A DNA stretch of 64,000 nt from the NCBI GenBank assembly GCA_963740025.1, contig CAVUCI010000011.1:294825-358824 (forward strand). The letters are read 5' to 3'. A program made the position numbers and the translations under genes. The notes under the pieces are model-generated. The model did no database searches. It saw nothing but the letters and a program-made list of their open reading frames with translations, and had not been told where the DNA came from. The DNA is from an uncultured Alphaproteobacteria bacterium (GTDB lineage: Bacteria; Pseudomonadota; Alphaproteobacteria; Sphingomonadales; Sphingomonadaceae). Shown piece by piece: positions 19,717 to 29,004 of the stretch. Position 1 is the first letter of the stretch; each line of letters opens with the position of its first letter.

Positions 19717-21021
19717 TCAGGGCGCGGGAAGCTCTATCGTCACGCGTACGCCGTCCTTCGTGAAGGACCGATCGATCGATCCGCGCAGCTGCTTGGCCGC
19801 GCCCGTCATGAGCAGGCTGCCGAACCCCTGTCGCTCCGGCAGGTCGCCGTTGCCGGGGCAGTCCTCGTGCCAGCGGATGACCAGCATTTCGTCGTCGATC
19901 GCCCAGCTGACATTTAGCATGCCGCCCGATTTCCAGCAGCCGTACTTAACCGTATTGGTGGTGAGTTCGTGAAGCACCAGGCCGAGCGGGGTCACCTGCT
20001 TGGCAGGCAGATCCAGCTGCGGCCCGTCGAACTTCACCTTGCGGGTCGATGAGAGGTAAGGCCGCACGGTCGTTTCGAGCAACGTTTTGAGCGAGGCGAC
20101 CGGGGTCTCGAGTGTGCCCTGGGTCACCTCATGCGCAGTCAGCAGAGCGTGGATACGCTCGGCGATGCGGTCGACCACCGGCTTGGCCGCCGGCTCGTCC
20201 TTCGCGCTCATCCGTACGATAGCAAGAATTACCGCGAACAGGTTCTTCACCCGGTGGTTGAGCTCGCGGGCGAGCAAATCGGCGCGGTCGCGTGCCTCGG
20301 CGAGTGCGGTCGCCTGCGCAGCCTCGACCTCGGCCTTCGCAGTCCGCACCGACAGCCGCAGCCCGAGCCAGAGCGTGACCAGGATCAGGACGAGAAGACC
20401 GATGAGGAGCGGCATCACGCGCCCTTCGGCCCGCGCCGCATTTTGCGATGCGTCGAGCAGGATGCCGCGCTCGATGTTCTCCATTTCGCGCACCGCGATG
20501 CGCAGGCGTTCCATCGCCTCCTGCCCTTCGTCGGTCAGTACCAAACGGCGCGCAGCGATGAGATCGCCGCTCTCGATCAGTCGAAGCGATTGGTCGATCT
20601 CGGCGAACTTGGCGTCGCCCAGGTTCTCGATCTCGTCGAGCAGATCGCGTTGGCGCGGGCTCGTGTCGTTGCCCAGCAGCTTGCGCAAGCGGCTCATCGT
20701 AGGTTGGTACTGCTCGTGGCCGAGGTGATAGGCGGCGAGATAGCGCCGATCGAGCGTGATCATGTAACCACGCTGGCCGGTCTCGGCGTTGACCGCGGAC
20801 CGACCGATATTGCCCAGTTCGGCGAGCACCGCGTTGGTACGCTCGACCTGTGCGCGCTGGGCGCGCTCGGCATCGATCGTGTTGAAGATCAGGAACATCG
20901 CGAGAAGCAATGCCGCAGCGACTACGCCGATCGTCCCGAATGTACCCCATCGCCGGCCCCAACGGGGCAGGGTAAACTGCGCGCCTTCTGCGGCGGGCGC
21001 GGGGGTCATCTCGTCCATCAT
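19717..21021 (-). CDS. CHASE3 domain sensor histidine kinase (HisKA_2/HWE type)
   Basis: A TM segment, then CHASE3-like AETGQRGYMITLDRRYLAAY, a second TM segment, and the H-box ELNHRVKNLFAVILAIV. No adjacent response regulator. Confidence 0.8.
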   Translation of the reverse strand: MMDEMTPAPAAEGAQFTLPRWGRRWGTFGTIGVVAAALLLAMFLIFNTIDAERAQRAQVERTNAVLAELGNIGRSAVNAETGQRGYMITLDRRYLAAYHLGHEQYQPTMSRLRKLLGNDTSPRQRDLLDEIENLGDAKFAEIDQSLRLIESGDLIAARRLVLTDEGQEAMERLRIAVREMENIERGILLDASQNAARAEGRVMPLLIGLLVLILVTLWLGLRLSVRTAKAEVEAAQATALAEARDRADLLARELNHRVKNLFAVILAIVRMSAKDEPAAKPVVDRIAERIHALLTAHEVTQGTLETPVASLKTLLETTVRPYLSSTRKVKFDGPQLDLPAKQVTPLGLVLHELTTNTVKYGCWKSGGMLNVSWAIDDEMLVIRWHEDCPGNGDLPERQGFGSLLMTGAAKQLRGSIDRSFTKDGVRVTIELPAP

Positions 21022-21056
21022 CGCTGGTTACGGCGCGTTTCTTGCGGCGACAAGAA

Positions 21057-23954
21057 CTAGTGCGCCGCGCCCCAGTTCGCCCCATGCCCGATCTCGATGC
21101 CGAGCGGGACATCGAGCGTTACCGCTGGGAGCGCCGCATCAGCCATCACCCGCTCGATCACCGGCGAGGCCCTGGCAACGTCACCCTCGGGCAGTTCGAA
21201 GACCAGTTCGTCGTGCACCTGCAGGAGCATTCGTACGTGGCCAAGCCCGGCATCCTCGAGCGCGGGCATCATGCGCGCCATCGCGCGCTTTATGATGTCG
21301 GCACTGGTTCCCTGGATCGGCGCATTGATCGCCGCGCGCTCGCTACCCTGGCGCTCGGCCTGATTGGTCGACCTGATCCTCGGAAACCAGGTCTTGCGTC
21401 CGAAGAGCGTTTCCGAATAGCCGCGCTCACGCACCCGCTCGAGCGTGGTGTGGATGTAGTTCTGGATGCCGGGGAAGCGCTGGAAGTAGGTGTCGATGAT
21501 CGCCTGCGCTTCGTCCGCTTCGATCCCCAGCCGTCCGCCCAGGCCCCAGCGGCTGATGCCGTAGAGGATCGCGAAATTGACCGTCTTGGCGCGCGCGCGG
21601 GTATCCCGGTCGACCGTGCCGAACATCTCCTGCGCGGTACGAGAGTGGATGTCCTCGCCGGCGGCGAAGGCTTCCTTCAACTGGGGCACATCGGCCATGT
21701 GCGCGGCAAGCCGGAGCTCGATCTGCGAGTAGTCGGCGGCGAGCAGGACGTTGCCCGGCTCGGCCACGAAAGCCTCGCGGATCTGTCGGCCGATCTCGGT
21801 GCGAATTGGAATGTTCTGCAAGTTCGGGTCGGTCGAGGACAGACGCCCGGTCTGCGCGCCGACAAGGCTGTAGCTAGTGTGCACGCGCCCGGTTTCCGGG
21901 TTGATCGCGGCCTGAAGCGCGTCGGTGTACGTGCTCTTGAGTTTGGTCAGCTGGCGCCATTCGAGCACTTTGGTGGCGACTTCCGCGCCCTGTGCGGCAA
22001 GTCCTTCGAGGATCGCCTGGTCGGTCGAATACTGTCCGCTCTTTCCCTTGCGCCCGCCCTTGTAGCCCATCTTGTCGAACAGCACGTCGCCCAGCTGCTT
22101 GGGGCTGCCGATGGTAAACTCGATCCCGCAACAGTCCCATACCTCGCGCTCGATACGCGCGGTTTCGCGGGCGAATTCCTCGCTGAGCTTCGCGAGCGCG
22201 GCACGATCGACCTTGATCCCGTGGCGCTCCATCGATGCCACGACCGGGATCAGTGGGCGGTCGACCCGCTCGTATACCTGCGTGCCGCCCTCTTCGGCGA
22301 GACGCGGTTTCAGCGTCTTGTAGAGCCGCCAGGTCACGTCGGCATCTTCGGCAGCGTATTCGGTCGCCCGGTCTAACGGGACTTCGCCGAAAGGGATTGC
22401 CTTCTTGCCGGTTCCGCAGATGTCCTTGAAAGTCAGGGTGGTGTGGCCGAGGTGACGCTGCGACAGTTCGTCCATCCCGTGACCCCCGCCGATCCCCCCG
22501 GCGCCGATCGAGTCAAGGCTGCGCCCCGCGTCGAGCGCAAAGCTTACGATCATCGTGTCGTCGATCGGCGCGACATCGATCTTCGCGCATCGCGAGAGGA
22601 TATTGAGGTCGTACTTGATGTTCTGACCGACCTTCAGCACCGCATCGCTTTCGAGCATAGGGCGCAGCGCGTCGTACGCCGCTTGCGGGTCGATCTGCTC
22701 CGGCCTCTCAGCGAACATGTCGCTGCCGCCTCCGTCGGTGACGATATGGCCGAGCGGGATGTAGCAGGCGTCGTTCGGTCCCAGCGCGAGGCTGATACCG
22801 GCAAGTTCGGCCCGCATCGCATCGAGGCTGCTGGTCTCCGTATCGATCGCCACCATTCGCGCTGCGAACGCCCGGTCGACCCAGTGCTGCAGCCGCTCCA
22901 GCGTGATCACGCACTCGTAGGCCGAGCGGTCGACTGCCGGCCACTCGGGCAGTGGCTGGCGGTTGCCCAGAGGTGATGACGCCGCGCCTGCTGTCTGCGG
23001 CTTGGCCGGGTTGAGCTGGGTCGGCCGGTCGGGACTGCCCTTTCCGGCGTCGAGGCGCTTGAGAAGGCTCGTGAAGCCGTGCTCGGTCAGGAAGGCGGTC
23101 AGCGGCTCGGTCGGCACGCCGTCGAGTTTCATGTCCTCCAGCGCGATCGGCAGATCGCAATCGCTCTTGAGCTCGACCAGCACGCGGCTGAGTTCGGCCA
23201 TCTGGCGACCTTCGAGCAAGCGCTCCTGCAATTTGGATTTCTTCATTTCGGGCGCCGCATCGAGCGCACCGGCAAGGCTGCCATGTTCCTGGATCAGCTT
23301 GGAAGCAGTCTTGGGCCCAATGCCGTAGATACCGGGAATGTTATCGACGCTGTCTCCCATCAGCGCGAGAACGTCGCCCACCAGCTCGGGCGGGACGCCG
23401 AACTTCTCGATCACTTCCTCGCGCCCGATGCGGGCGCTTTTCATTGTGTCGAGCATGTCGATGCAGCCGCCTTCCTCGACGCCGGGTTCGAGGTCGGTCT
23501 CGGCGCATTTGCCGATGAGCTGCATCAGGTCCTTGTCGGAGCTGACTATCGTGACGTCCCAGCCCTTGCGGGTCGCCGCCTTGGCGTAGCTGGCGATCAG
23601 GTCGTCCGCCTCGAGGTCGTCCTCTTCGATACATGGCAGGCTGAATGCGCGCGTCGCGTCGCGAATCAGCGGGAATTGGGGAACGAGGTCTTCGGGCGGC
23701 GGCGGACGATTTGCCTTGTACTGGTCGTAAAGCGCGTTGCGGAACGTCGTCGAACCCTTGTCGAGGATGACCGCCAGGTGTGTCGGACCGTCGGCCTTGT
23801 TCAAGTCGTCGGCGAGCTTCCACAGCATCGTGGTGTAGCCGTAGACGGCGCCGACCGGGGTTCCGGCAGGGTTCGTAAGCGGCGGCAACCGATGGTAGGC
23901 GCGGAAGATATAGGCCGATCCGTCGACCAGGTAGAGATGCTGCTTGTCTGCCAT
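21057..23954 (-). CDS. polA: DNA polymerase I
   Basis: Start is MADKQHLYLVDGSAYIFRAYH (ATG 23954) within track ORF 21057..24074. Has a 5' nuclease domain, a 3'-5' exonuclease domain, and polymerase motifs LLAADYSQIELR and QVHDELVFE. Confidence 0.95.
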   Translation of the reverse strand: MADKQHLYLVDGSAYIFRAYHRLPPLTNPAGTPVGAVYGYTTMLWKLADDLNKADGPTHLAVILDKGSTTFRNALYDQYKANRPPPPEDLVPQFPLIRDATRAFSLPCIEEDDLEADDLIASYAKAATRKGWDVTIVSSDKDLMQLIGKCAETDLEPGVEEGGCIDMLDTMKSARIGREEVIEKFGVPPELVGDVLALMGDSVDNIPGIYGIGPKTASKLIQEHGSLAGALDAAPEMKKSKLQERLLEGRQMAELSRVLVELKSDCDLPIALEDMKLDGVPTEPLTAFLTEHGFTSLLKRLDAGKGSPDRPTQLNPAKPQTAGAASSPLGNRQPLPEWPAVDRSAYECVITLERLQHWVDRAFAARMVAIDTETSSLDAMRAELAGISLALGPNDACYIPLGHIVTDGGGSDMFAERPEQIDPQAAYDALRPMLESDAVLKVGQNIKYDLNILSRCAKIDVAPIDDTMIVSFALDAGRSLDSIGAGGIGGGHGMDELSQRHLGHTTLTFKDICGTGKKAIPFGEVPLDRATEYAAEDADVTWRLYKTLKPRLAEEGGTQVYERVDRPLIPVVASMERHGIKVDRAALAKLSEEFARETARIEREVWDCCGIEFTIGSPKQLGDVLFDKMGYKGGRKGKSGQYSTDQAILEGLAAQGAEVATKVLEWRQLTKLKSTYTDALQAAINPETGRVHTSYSLVGAQTGRLSSTDPNLQNIPIRTEIGRQIREAFVAEPGNVLLAADYSQIELRLAAHMADVPQLKEAFAAGEDIHSRTAQEMFGTVDRDTRARAKTVNFAILYGISRWGLGGRLGIEADEAQAIIDTYFQRFPGIQNYIHTTLERVRERGYSETLFGRKTWFPRIRSTNQAERQGSERAAINAPIQGTSADIIKRAMARMMPALEDAGLGHVRMLLQVHDELVFELPEGDVARASPVIERVMADAALPAVTLDVPLGIEIGHGANWGAAH

Positions 23955-24164
23955 TACGGCCCTGCTAGCAGTCGCCGGGGCGCGGGTCAGCCATATTTCC
24001 TGATGAAACAAAAGTGGCGGAATTCGGGCATTTTCGAGGCACTTTGCGGCGAAATTCGGACGAGAACGCCACAATTCGCTTGCGATGCCACAAAGCGGCC
24101 ATTATTTGGGCCGGGCACGGCGATTGCGCCGGGCTTTCTAAACGCTGTTCAAGGAACAACGACT

Positions 24165-24416
24165 ATGCGTAAGATCATTCTCGCCGCCGCCGCTGGCGCC
24201 GCCGCCCTGACCCTCTCGGCTTGCTCGGAGAAGACCCAGGACGCCGCTTCGGAGACCGCTGATTCGGCCATGGCCGACACCGAAGCCAACGCCGACGCGA
24301 TGGGCGAAGCCGTCGACAACACCGCCGACACCACTGCCGCTGCCGCGACCGACGCTGCTGCCGCCGCAGAAGCCGACGTGCAGGACGAGTCGACCGCCGA
24401 AGCCAAGGCCGACTGA
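24165..24416 (+). CDS. small acidic Ala/Asp/Thr-rich lipoprotein
   Basis: Only the last 83 aa of track ORF 23079..24416 look real: MRKIILAAAAGAAALTLSAC (lipobox), then low-complexity acidic sequence. Followed by a strong terminator. Confidence 0.6.
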   Translation: MRKIILAAAAGAAALTLSACSEKTQDAASETADSAMADTEANADAMGEAVDNTADTTAAAATDAAAAAEADVQDESTAEAKAD

Positions 24417-24440
24417 GCCTTCGCATTTCGCGACAAGAGA

Positions 24441-24474
24441 GGGCGGTGCCGCGGGGCGCCGCCCTTTTTGTTTG
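24441..24474 (+). terminator. intrinsic terminator
   Basis: 10-bp stem 24441-24450 / 24455-24464 (one G-U pair), GCGG loop, then TTTTTGTTTG. Confidence 0.8.
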
Positions 24475-24548
24475 TGCATTCAACTGGGCGTGGGAGACGG
24501 TCCGCGCCGGGGCGACGAGCCTGAGCCGCGTCGCCCACGTGAGCCCAA

Positions 24549-25571
24549 TCAGTACGTCGCGTTCGCGTAGGCTCTGGTGGGAGTGGCCCGGTATCCGTCG
24601 TACAGCGCCCGTGCGATGTTTGCGATCTTTGCATCGCGGGCCGGCTTCGATCCTTGCCCGGTGACGTAGATTGCCACCGCGATCGCGCGCCCGTCGGGCG
24701 TGTTTATGATCCCGATATCGCTCGCCGTGTTGTGCAAGGTGCCGGTCTTGTGCGCAATCTGCGTACCTTCAGGCAGCATCGCCTTCATCCGGCGGGTGCC
24801 TGTCCGGCAGCGTTCCATCGCGCCGAGGATGACGTTACGGCTCGATTCCCTGAGGAACTTGCCCTGATAGAGGCCTGCGAGCAGTCGCACCATCGCTTGC
24901 GGCGTCACACTGTCGCGCACGTCGATCCGCTTGGCGGGATCGATCTCGCCGTCGTCGCGCACCAGTGTGGCGATGTCGCGAGTGAGATTGTATTCGGTGA
25001 TGCCGTTGCGATGGGCCCACGCGTTAACCGACGCGGGTCCGCCGACCGCGGCGAGCAGGGCATCGGTCGCCTGATTGTTCGACCGGGTGATCATCATCTC
25101 GATTAGGTCGCTCGCCTTGAATCGCTGGCCGGGCACCACTGGCGCCTTGTCCGACGAAAATCGGGCGGAAGCCACAGGGACCATCAGCGGAAACTCGCTG
25201 GACAGGCTCCACCGGCCCTTCTCGACGCCGTCCATGAATGTGGCGGCAATGGCAATCTTGCTGGTCGATGCCATCGGAAACCGCTGGTCGCCGAGCACCG
25301 ATACCTCGCGCCCGCTGGCAAGGTCGACCGCGTAAACGCCGATACGCCCGTCCGAACCGTCGGCGATCCGCTGGACCGTCGCTTCGAGCGGCCAGTCAGG
25401 CTGCGAATCGAAGCTCTGCGGCGCGCGTACGTCCGTGCCGAGCATGGCGTCGAAGAGTTGATTGAATTCGCTGCTTTCCGCGGCCTGCGCGGTCGTAATG
25501 CTCGCAAATCCAAGCGCGATTGCGGCCCCTAGCCGCGCTATCCGTCCTAGTGCCATGACCCCCACTTTCAT
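24549..25571 (-). CDS. class A beta-lactamase-like serine hydrolase, secreted
   Basis: Signal peptide. SxxK (MASTSKIAI), SDN-equivalent (TRSNNQATD) and KTG (HKTGTL). Confidence 0.75.
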   Translation of the reverse strand: MKVGVMALGRIARLGAAIALGFASITTAQAAESSEFNQLFDAMLGTDVRAPQSFDSQPDWPLEATVQRIADGSDGRIGVYAVDLASGREVSVLGDQRFPMASTSKIAIAATFMDGVEKGRWSLSSEFPLMVPVASARFSSDKAPVVPGQRFKASDLIEMMITRSNNQATDALLAAVGGPASVNAWAHRNGITEYNLTRDIATLVRDDGEIDPAKRIDVRDSVTPQAMVRLLAGLYQGKFLRESSRNVILGAMERCRTGTRRMKAMLPEGTQIAHKTGTLHNTASDIGIINTPDGRAIAVAIYVTGQGSKPARDAKIANIARALYDGYRATPTRAYANATY

Positions 25572-25698
25572 CCCGTCATGCTTATCAGGAACTTAACGCC
25601 ATCGAGAAAAATCGATCAATACACCGGCGACGAAAAGTGTCTCACCCGCGATACGAAGCGCAAGCTCGATAGCGCGAGGTCCCGCGACGGGGGTGAAA

Positions 25699-27663
25699 TC
25701 ACACGCCGAAAGGGAACGTGTCCGCCGTTCCCTCATGGGGTTCATGGCCCGCGGGTTCGAGCGCGTGTGTTTCGTCGAACCACACATAGGCATCGAACTG
25801 ATCTGCCAGGCTTGCCTCGCTGTAGTGACTCCATCGCTCAGTCCCGGGCCGGTAAATCACTCCGATGAATCGCTCCAGACGCGGTTCGGAGAGGCGCGCG
25901 CGGAGCGCCGGGTCCGAGCCGGGCAAAAGGAGGAAGCGTGCCAGCCCGCTCTCATGGAATGGCCGCTCGATGCTGTCAGACCGCGAGGGCAGTACTCGCT
26001 TGACCTCTCGGTCGCAGTCCCAATCGCTCGCCGCCGAGACGGTGCCGGCATGGGTGCCGAAACCGACAAGTGCGACATCGTCTCCCCAGCGCTGGCGGGC
26101 GAGCTGGCCAATGTTGTGCTCGTCCCGCACGGCACCCATGTCCGTCGCGCGGGCATCGCCGATGTGGCTGTTGTGCGCCCATACGATGGCCTTGGCATCG
26201 GATCCGCCGTGGTCGAGGAGATGGCCGAGCGTGTCGGCCATGTGCTCGTCACGCAGATTCCAGCTCTCCGAACCACCGTAGTACATGACCCGGTAGTACC
26301 GTTCCGCCGAAGCGACGAGCCGCGCATTCATCGCCGCGCCGAAGCTGTCACCGTCATGCTGCAGCGCCGCGTCGAGCATCTCCCGGCATTGATCGATCAC
26401 CGCCTCCTCGCACTGCGCATAGCCGGCGGACAAGGCTGCTCGCCCGTACACTGCAGGATCGGACTGCCACGGGGTCAGACACCCGTAACGTTCGCGGGCG
26501 ATAGCAGCCGCAGCAGGATCGGTTGCGTCGAGATAGGCGAGTACCGCTTCGATCGAGCCGGCCATGTTGTATATGTCGAGCCCGTAGAATCCCGCCATGT
26601 CGCCGGGTGCGCGGTCGCGATTGATAGCATGAAGATCGTGCATGAGGGCGGCAATCACGGGATTGCGCCACATCCACGTGGGGAAGCGGGTGAAGGGACG
26701 CGGCGCCTCTTTGCGGTGCGGCTGGTGGCGAATGGCCCGATCGAGCACCGCGGCATCGGGCCAGTCAGCCTCGGCTGCAACGATAGTGAACCCGTGTTTC
26801 TCGACGAGGCGCCGGGTAATCGCGGCCCGTGCCTCGTAGAACTCGCGGGTTCCGTGGCTGCACTCGCCGAGCATGACCACGCGCCTGTCGGCAAAGCGGT
26901 CGAACGCCTCCGCGAAAGCAAGGTCTCCTGTTTCGGGTAGAGGCACGGCGTGAGCAGCGATCAGTTCGGCCAGGCTCCGGGCGCGGGCCGGTCGGTGATT
27001 GCTGCCCGCTCGCGCCCCATCCTCGGGTACGGCACCAGGCAGAAGCGGTACGAAGCGCACCGGTGCGATCTCGTGGCTGGTCCACTGCTCGCGGCCCGTA
27101 CGAGTGAGGCAGCGAAACTGCTGCACGTCCTCGCCCCCAACCGGCATCACCAGCCTGCCGCCAATCTCGAGCTGGCGCTTCAGCGCGTCTGGAACTTCCT
27201 CTGCGCGCGCAGAGACCAGGATTGCGTCGAACGGGGCCTGCTCCGGCAGGCCGGCCATTCCGTCGCCGGCGATAACCTCGCAATTGTCGTACCCCAAACG
27301 ACTGATCCGCTCCCCGGCTTCCCGCGCGAGGACAGCGTGGCGTTCGATCGCGAAGACTTCGCTCGCCATGCGCGACAGGACCGCGGCCGCATACCCCGAC
27401 CCTGCGCCCACTTCGAGAACGCGGTCATTCGGCCCGATCCCCGCAGCATCGATCATGGTTGCGACCATATAGGGCTGGCTGATCGTCTGGCCCTCGCCGA
27501 TCGGCAGAGGGCCATCCTCGAAAGCGAATTCTCTCATGCTTTCAGGCACGAACTGTTCACGCGGGACCGTGCGGAAAGCTTCGAGCAAGCGTCGATCGGT
27601 CAGTCCTCGCCGTGCGATCTGGCGTTCGACCATCCGATCCCGCTTTTTGTCGCTATCGCTCAT
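25699..27663 (-). CDS. fusion protein: protein-L-isoaspartate O-methyltransferase domain plus erythromycin esterase-like domain
   Basis: The N-terminal ~215 aa contain GEGQTISQPYMVATMIDAAG and VLEVGAGSGYAAAVLS (PIMT). The C-terminal ~400 aa contain VVMLGECSHGTREFY and VWAHNSHIGDARAT (Ere/ChaN-like). Confidence 0.8.
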   Translation of the reverse strand: MSDSDKKRDRMVERQIARRGLTDRRLLEAFRTVPREQFVPESMREFAFEDGPLPIGEGQTISQPYMVATMIDAAGIGPNDRVLEVGAGSGYAAAVLSRMASEVFAIERHAVLAREAGERISRLGYDNCEVIAGDGMAGLPEQAPFDAILVSARAEEVPDALKRQLEIGGRLVMPVGGEDVQQFRCLTRTGREQWTSHEIAPVRFVPLLPGAVPEDGARAGSNHRPARARSLAELIAAHAVPLPETGDLAFAEAFDRFADRRVVMLGECSHGTREFYEARAAITRRLVEKHGFTIVAAEADWPDAAVLDRAIRHQPHRKEAPRPFTRFPTWMWRNPVIAALMHDLHAINRDRAPGDMAGFYGLDIYNMAGSIEAVLAYLDATDPAAAAIARERYGCLTPWQSDPAVYGRAALSAGYAQCEEAVIDQCREMLDAALQHDGDSFGAAMNARLVASAERYYRVMYYGGSESWNLRDEHMADTLGHLLDHGGSDAKAIVWAHNSHIGDARATDMGAVRDEHNIGQLARQRWGDDVALVGFGTHAGTVSAASDWDCDREVKRVLPSRSDSIERPFHESGLARFLLLPGSDPALRARLSEPRLERFIGVIYRPGTERWSHYSEASLADQFDAYVWFDETHALEPAGHEPHEGTADTFPFGV

Positions 27664-27670
27664 GGCAGCC

Positions 27671-28072
27671 TCAGGCTGCTTCGATCACCTTGAGGATCTC
27701 CGGGCCCGGCATCCCTGTCACTTCCTTGTCGAGTTCCTGCACCAGGACGTCCTTGGTCTCGGTGTGGTAGTGGCGGCGCATCTCGCCAAGCGTATCGGGG
27801 TCGGCGACGACGATCAGCTGATCGATCCGGTGTTCGAGGACCGCGCTGTTCAGCCAGCTTGCCGCCGAAGCTGCATGATCGAGTTTTTCCTGCGTGTGAT
27901 AATCGTCGCTCTTGGGATCGTGATGGCCGAATGCACCGCTCTCCTGTTGGCCGTCGAGCGAAGGCTCTGAGACGAATTCAAGCCGGGCGTCTTCGGCGGT
28001 TCCGGCATTGCGCATGAGCAGGAAGCGCTCGCCGTCGGCGATGGCGACATGGCTGTTTGCGGGAAGTTGCAT
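27671..28072 (-). CDS. host attachment protein family (Host_attach) protein
   Basis: 133 aa: MQLPANSHVAIADGERFLLMRN ... LIVVADPDTLGEMRRH. Recognised from recall of the family. Its stop lies 7 nt before the PIMT-fusion start. Confidence 0.6.
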   Translation of the reverse strand: MQLPANSHVAIADGERFLLMRNAGTAEDARLEFVSEPSLDGQQESGAFGHHDPKSDDYHTQEKLDHAASAASWLNSAVLEHRIDQLIVVADPDTLGEMRRHYHTETKDVLVQELDKEVTGMPGPEILKVIEAA

Positions 28073-28140
28073 TGTCGTTCTCCTTTTTCCAGACCAACGG
28101 TTCGCCGCCGCGTCGGTGCCGAAAAGCGATCATAACGACG

Positions 28141-29004
28141 TCAGGCGGGGGCTTCTTGCGGCAGGGCCGTGTCCGATGGCGGGCGCGACAGGTCGGTGTC
28201 GGCAACCTCGTCGGTGTGCACCTCGAACCTCGCAAGCACGGCGTTCCCGAATGCGGTGGTGATGGCCGTGTCGGTCGCGTCCCGCCCGCGCGCCATCACG
28301 ATCCTCCCGATGCGGGGTGTATTGTGGCGCGCATCGAAGGTATACCAGCGCCCGCCGAGGTAAGCCTCGAACCAGGCCGAGAAGTCCATCGGGGCTTCGA
28401 TCGGATCTATCCCGATATCGCCAAGGTAGCCGGTGCAATAGCGTGCAGGAATGTTCACCGCGCGGCACAACGTGATCGCGAGGTGCGCGAAGTCGCGGCA
28501 CACGCCGCAGCGCTTGTCGAACACCGAGCGCGCGGTGTTTTCGGTGCTCGCCTTCATATAGTCGAACTCGATCCGCTCGTGAGCGGCGGTGACCAGCGCC
28601 TGCGCGCGCGCCCAGCCGGGCGGATGGTCCTTGGCGATCTTCCATGCTTCGTCGGCAAGCCGGCTGACCTCGCAATAGCGCGAGCTCATGAGGTATTGCA
28701 GCGTCTCGGCGGGCAAATCCTCGACCGGGGCCTGGGCCGCGTTCGGCTCCACGGCATCTGGCTGGCCGCTGTCCTCGATCACGAAATCGGCGCTGAGCTT
28801 TATGCCGCCTTCCGGCACAACGAGGCGGGTGGCGACGTTGCCGAAGGCGTCGATGAACTGGCGATACGGGACCGGAGGATCGGTCTGCAGGACCTCGGGC
28901 GTGCGCAGGTCGGCCTGACGTTCCGGCCGGACGTTGAGCAGTGCGACCATGGGCACGGGAACGGTGGTTTCAAAAGCTATGTCATAGCCGGTGCGGATCA
29001 GCAT
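28141..29004 (-). CDS. transglutaminase-like family protein (paralog B, Ser at the expected catalytic His)
   Basis: Start is MLIRTGYDIAF (ATG 29004), overlapping the upstream stop (TGATG). Core CGVCRDFAHL ... MDFSAWFEAYLGGRWYTFDARHN. Confidence 0.8.
   Translation of the reverse strand: MLIRTGYDIAFETTVPVPMVALLNVRPERQADLRTPEVLQTDPPVPYRQFIDAFGNVATRLVVPEGGIKLSADFVIEDSGQPDAVEPNAAQAPVEDLPAETLQYLMSSRYCEVSRLADEAWKIAKDHPPGWARAQALVTAAHERIEFDYMKASTENTARSVFDKRCGVCRDFAHLAITLCRAVNIPARYCTGYLGDIGIDPIEAPMDFSAWFEAYLGGRWYTFDARHNTPRIGRIVMARGRDATDTAITTAFGNAVLARFEVHTDEVADTDLSRPPSDTALPQEAPA

Noticed and set aside
24010-24110. Short direct repeats (GGCGNAATTCGG twice, GCCACAA twice) and GTTC-N3-GAAC in the polA/lipoprotein intergenic region
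   Set aside because: The repeats are short and imperfect, and they match no operator consensus I know. The alphaproteobacterial SOS box is GTTC-N7-GTTC. They could arise by chance in 200 nt.
23079-24164. N-terminal ~360 aa of the 445-aa ORF 23079..24416
   Set aside because: It is antisense to polA. Only the terminal lipoprotein part (24165..24416) is plausible.
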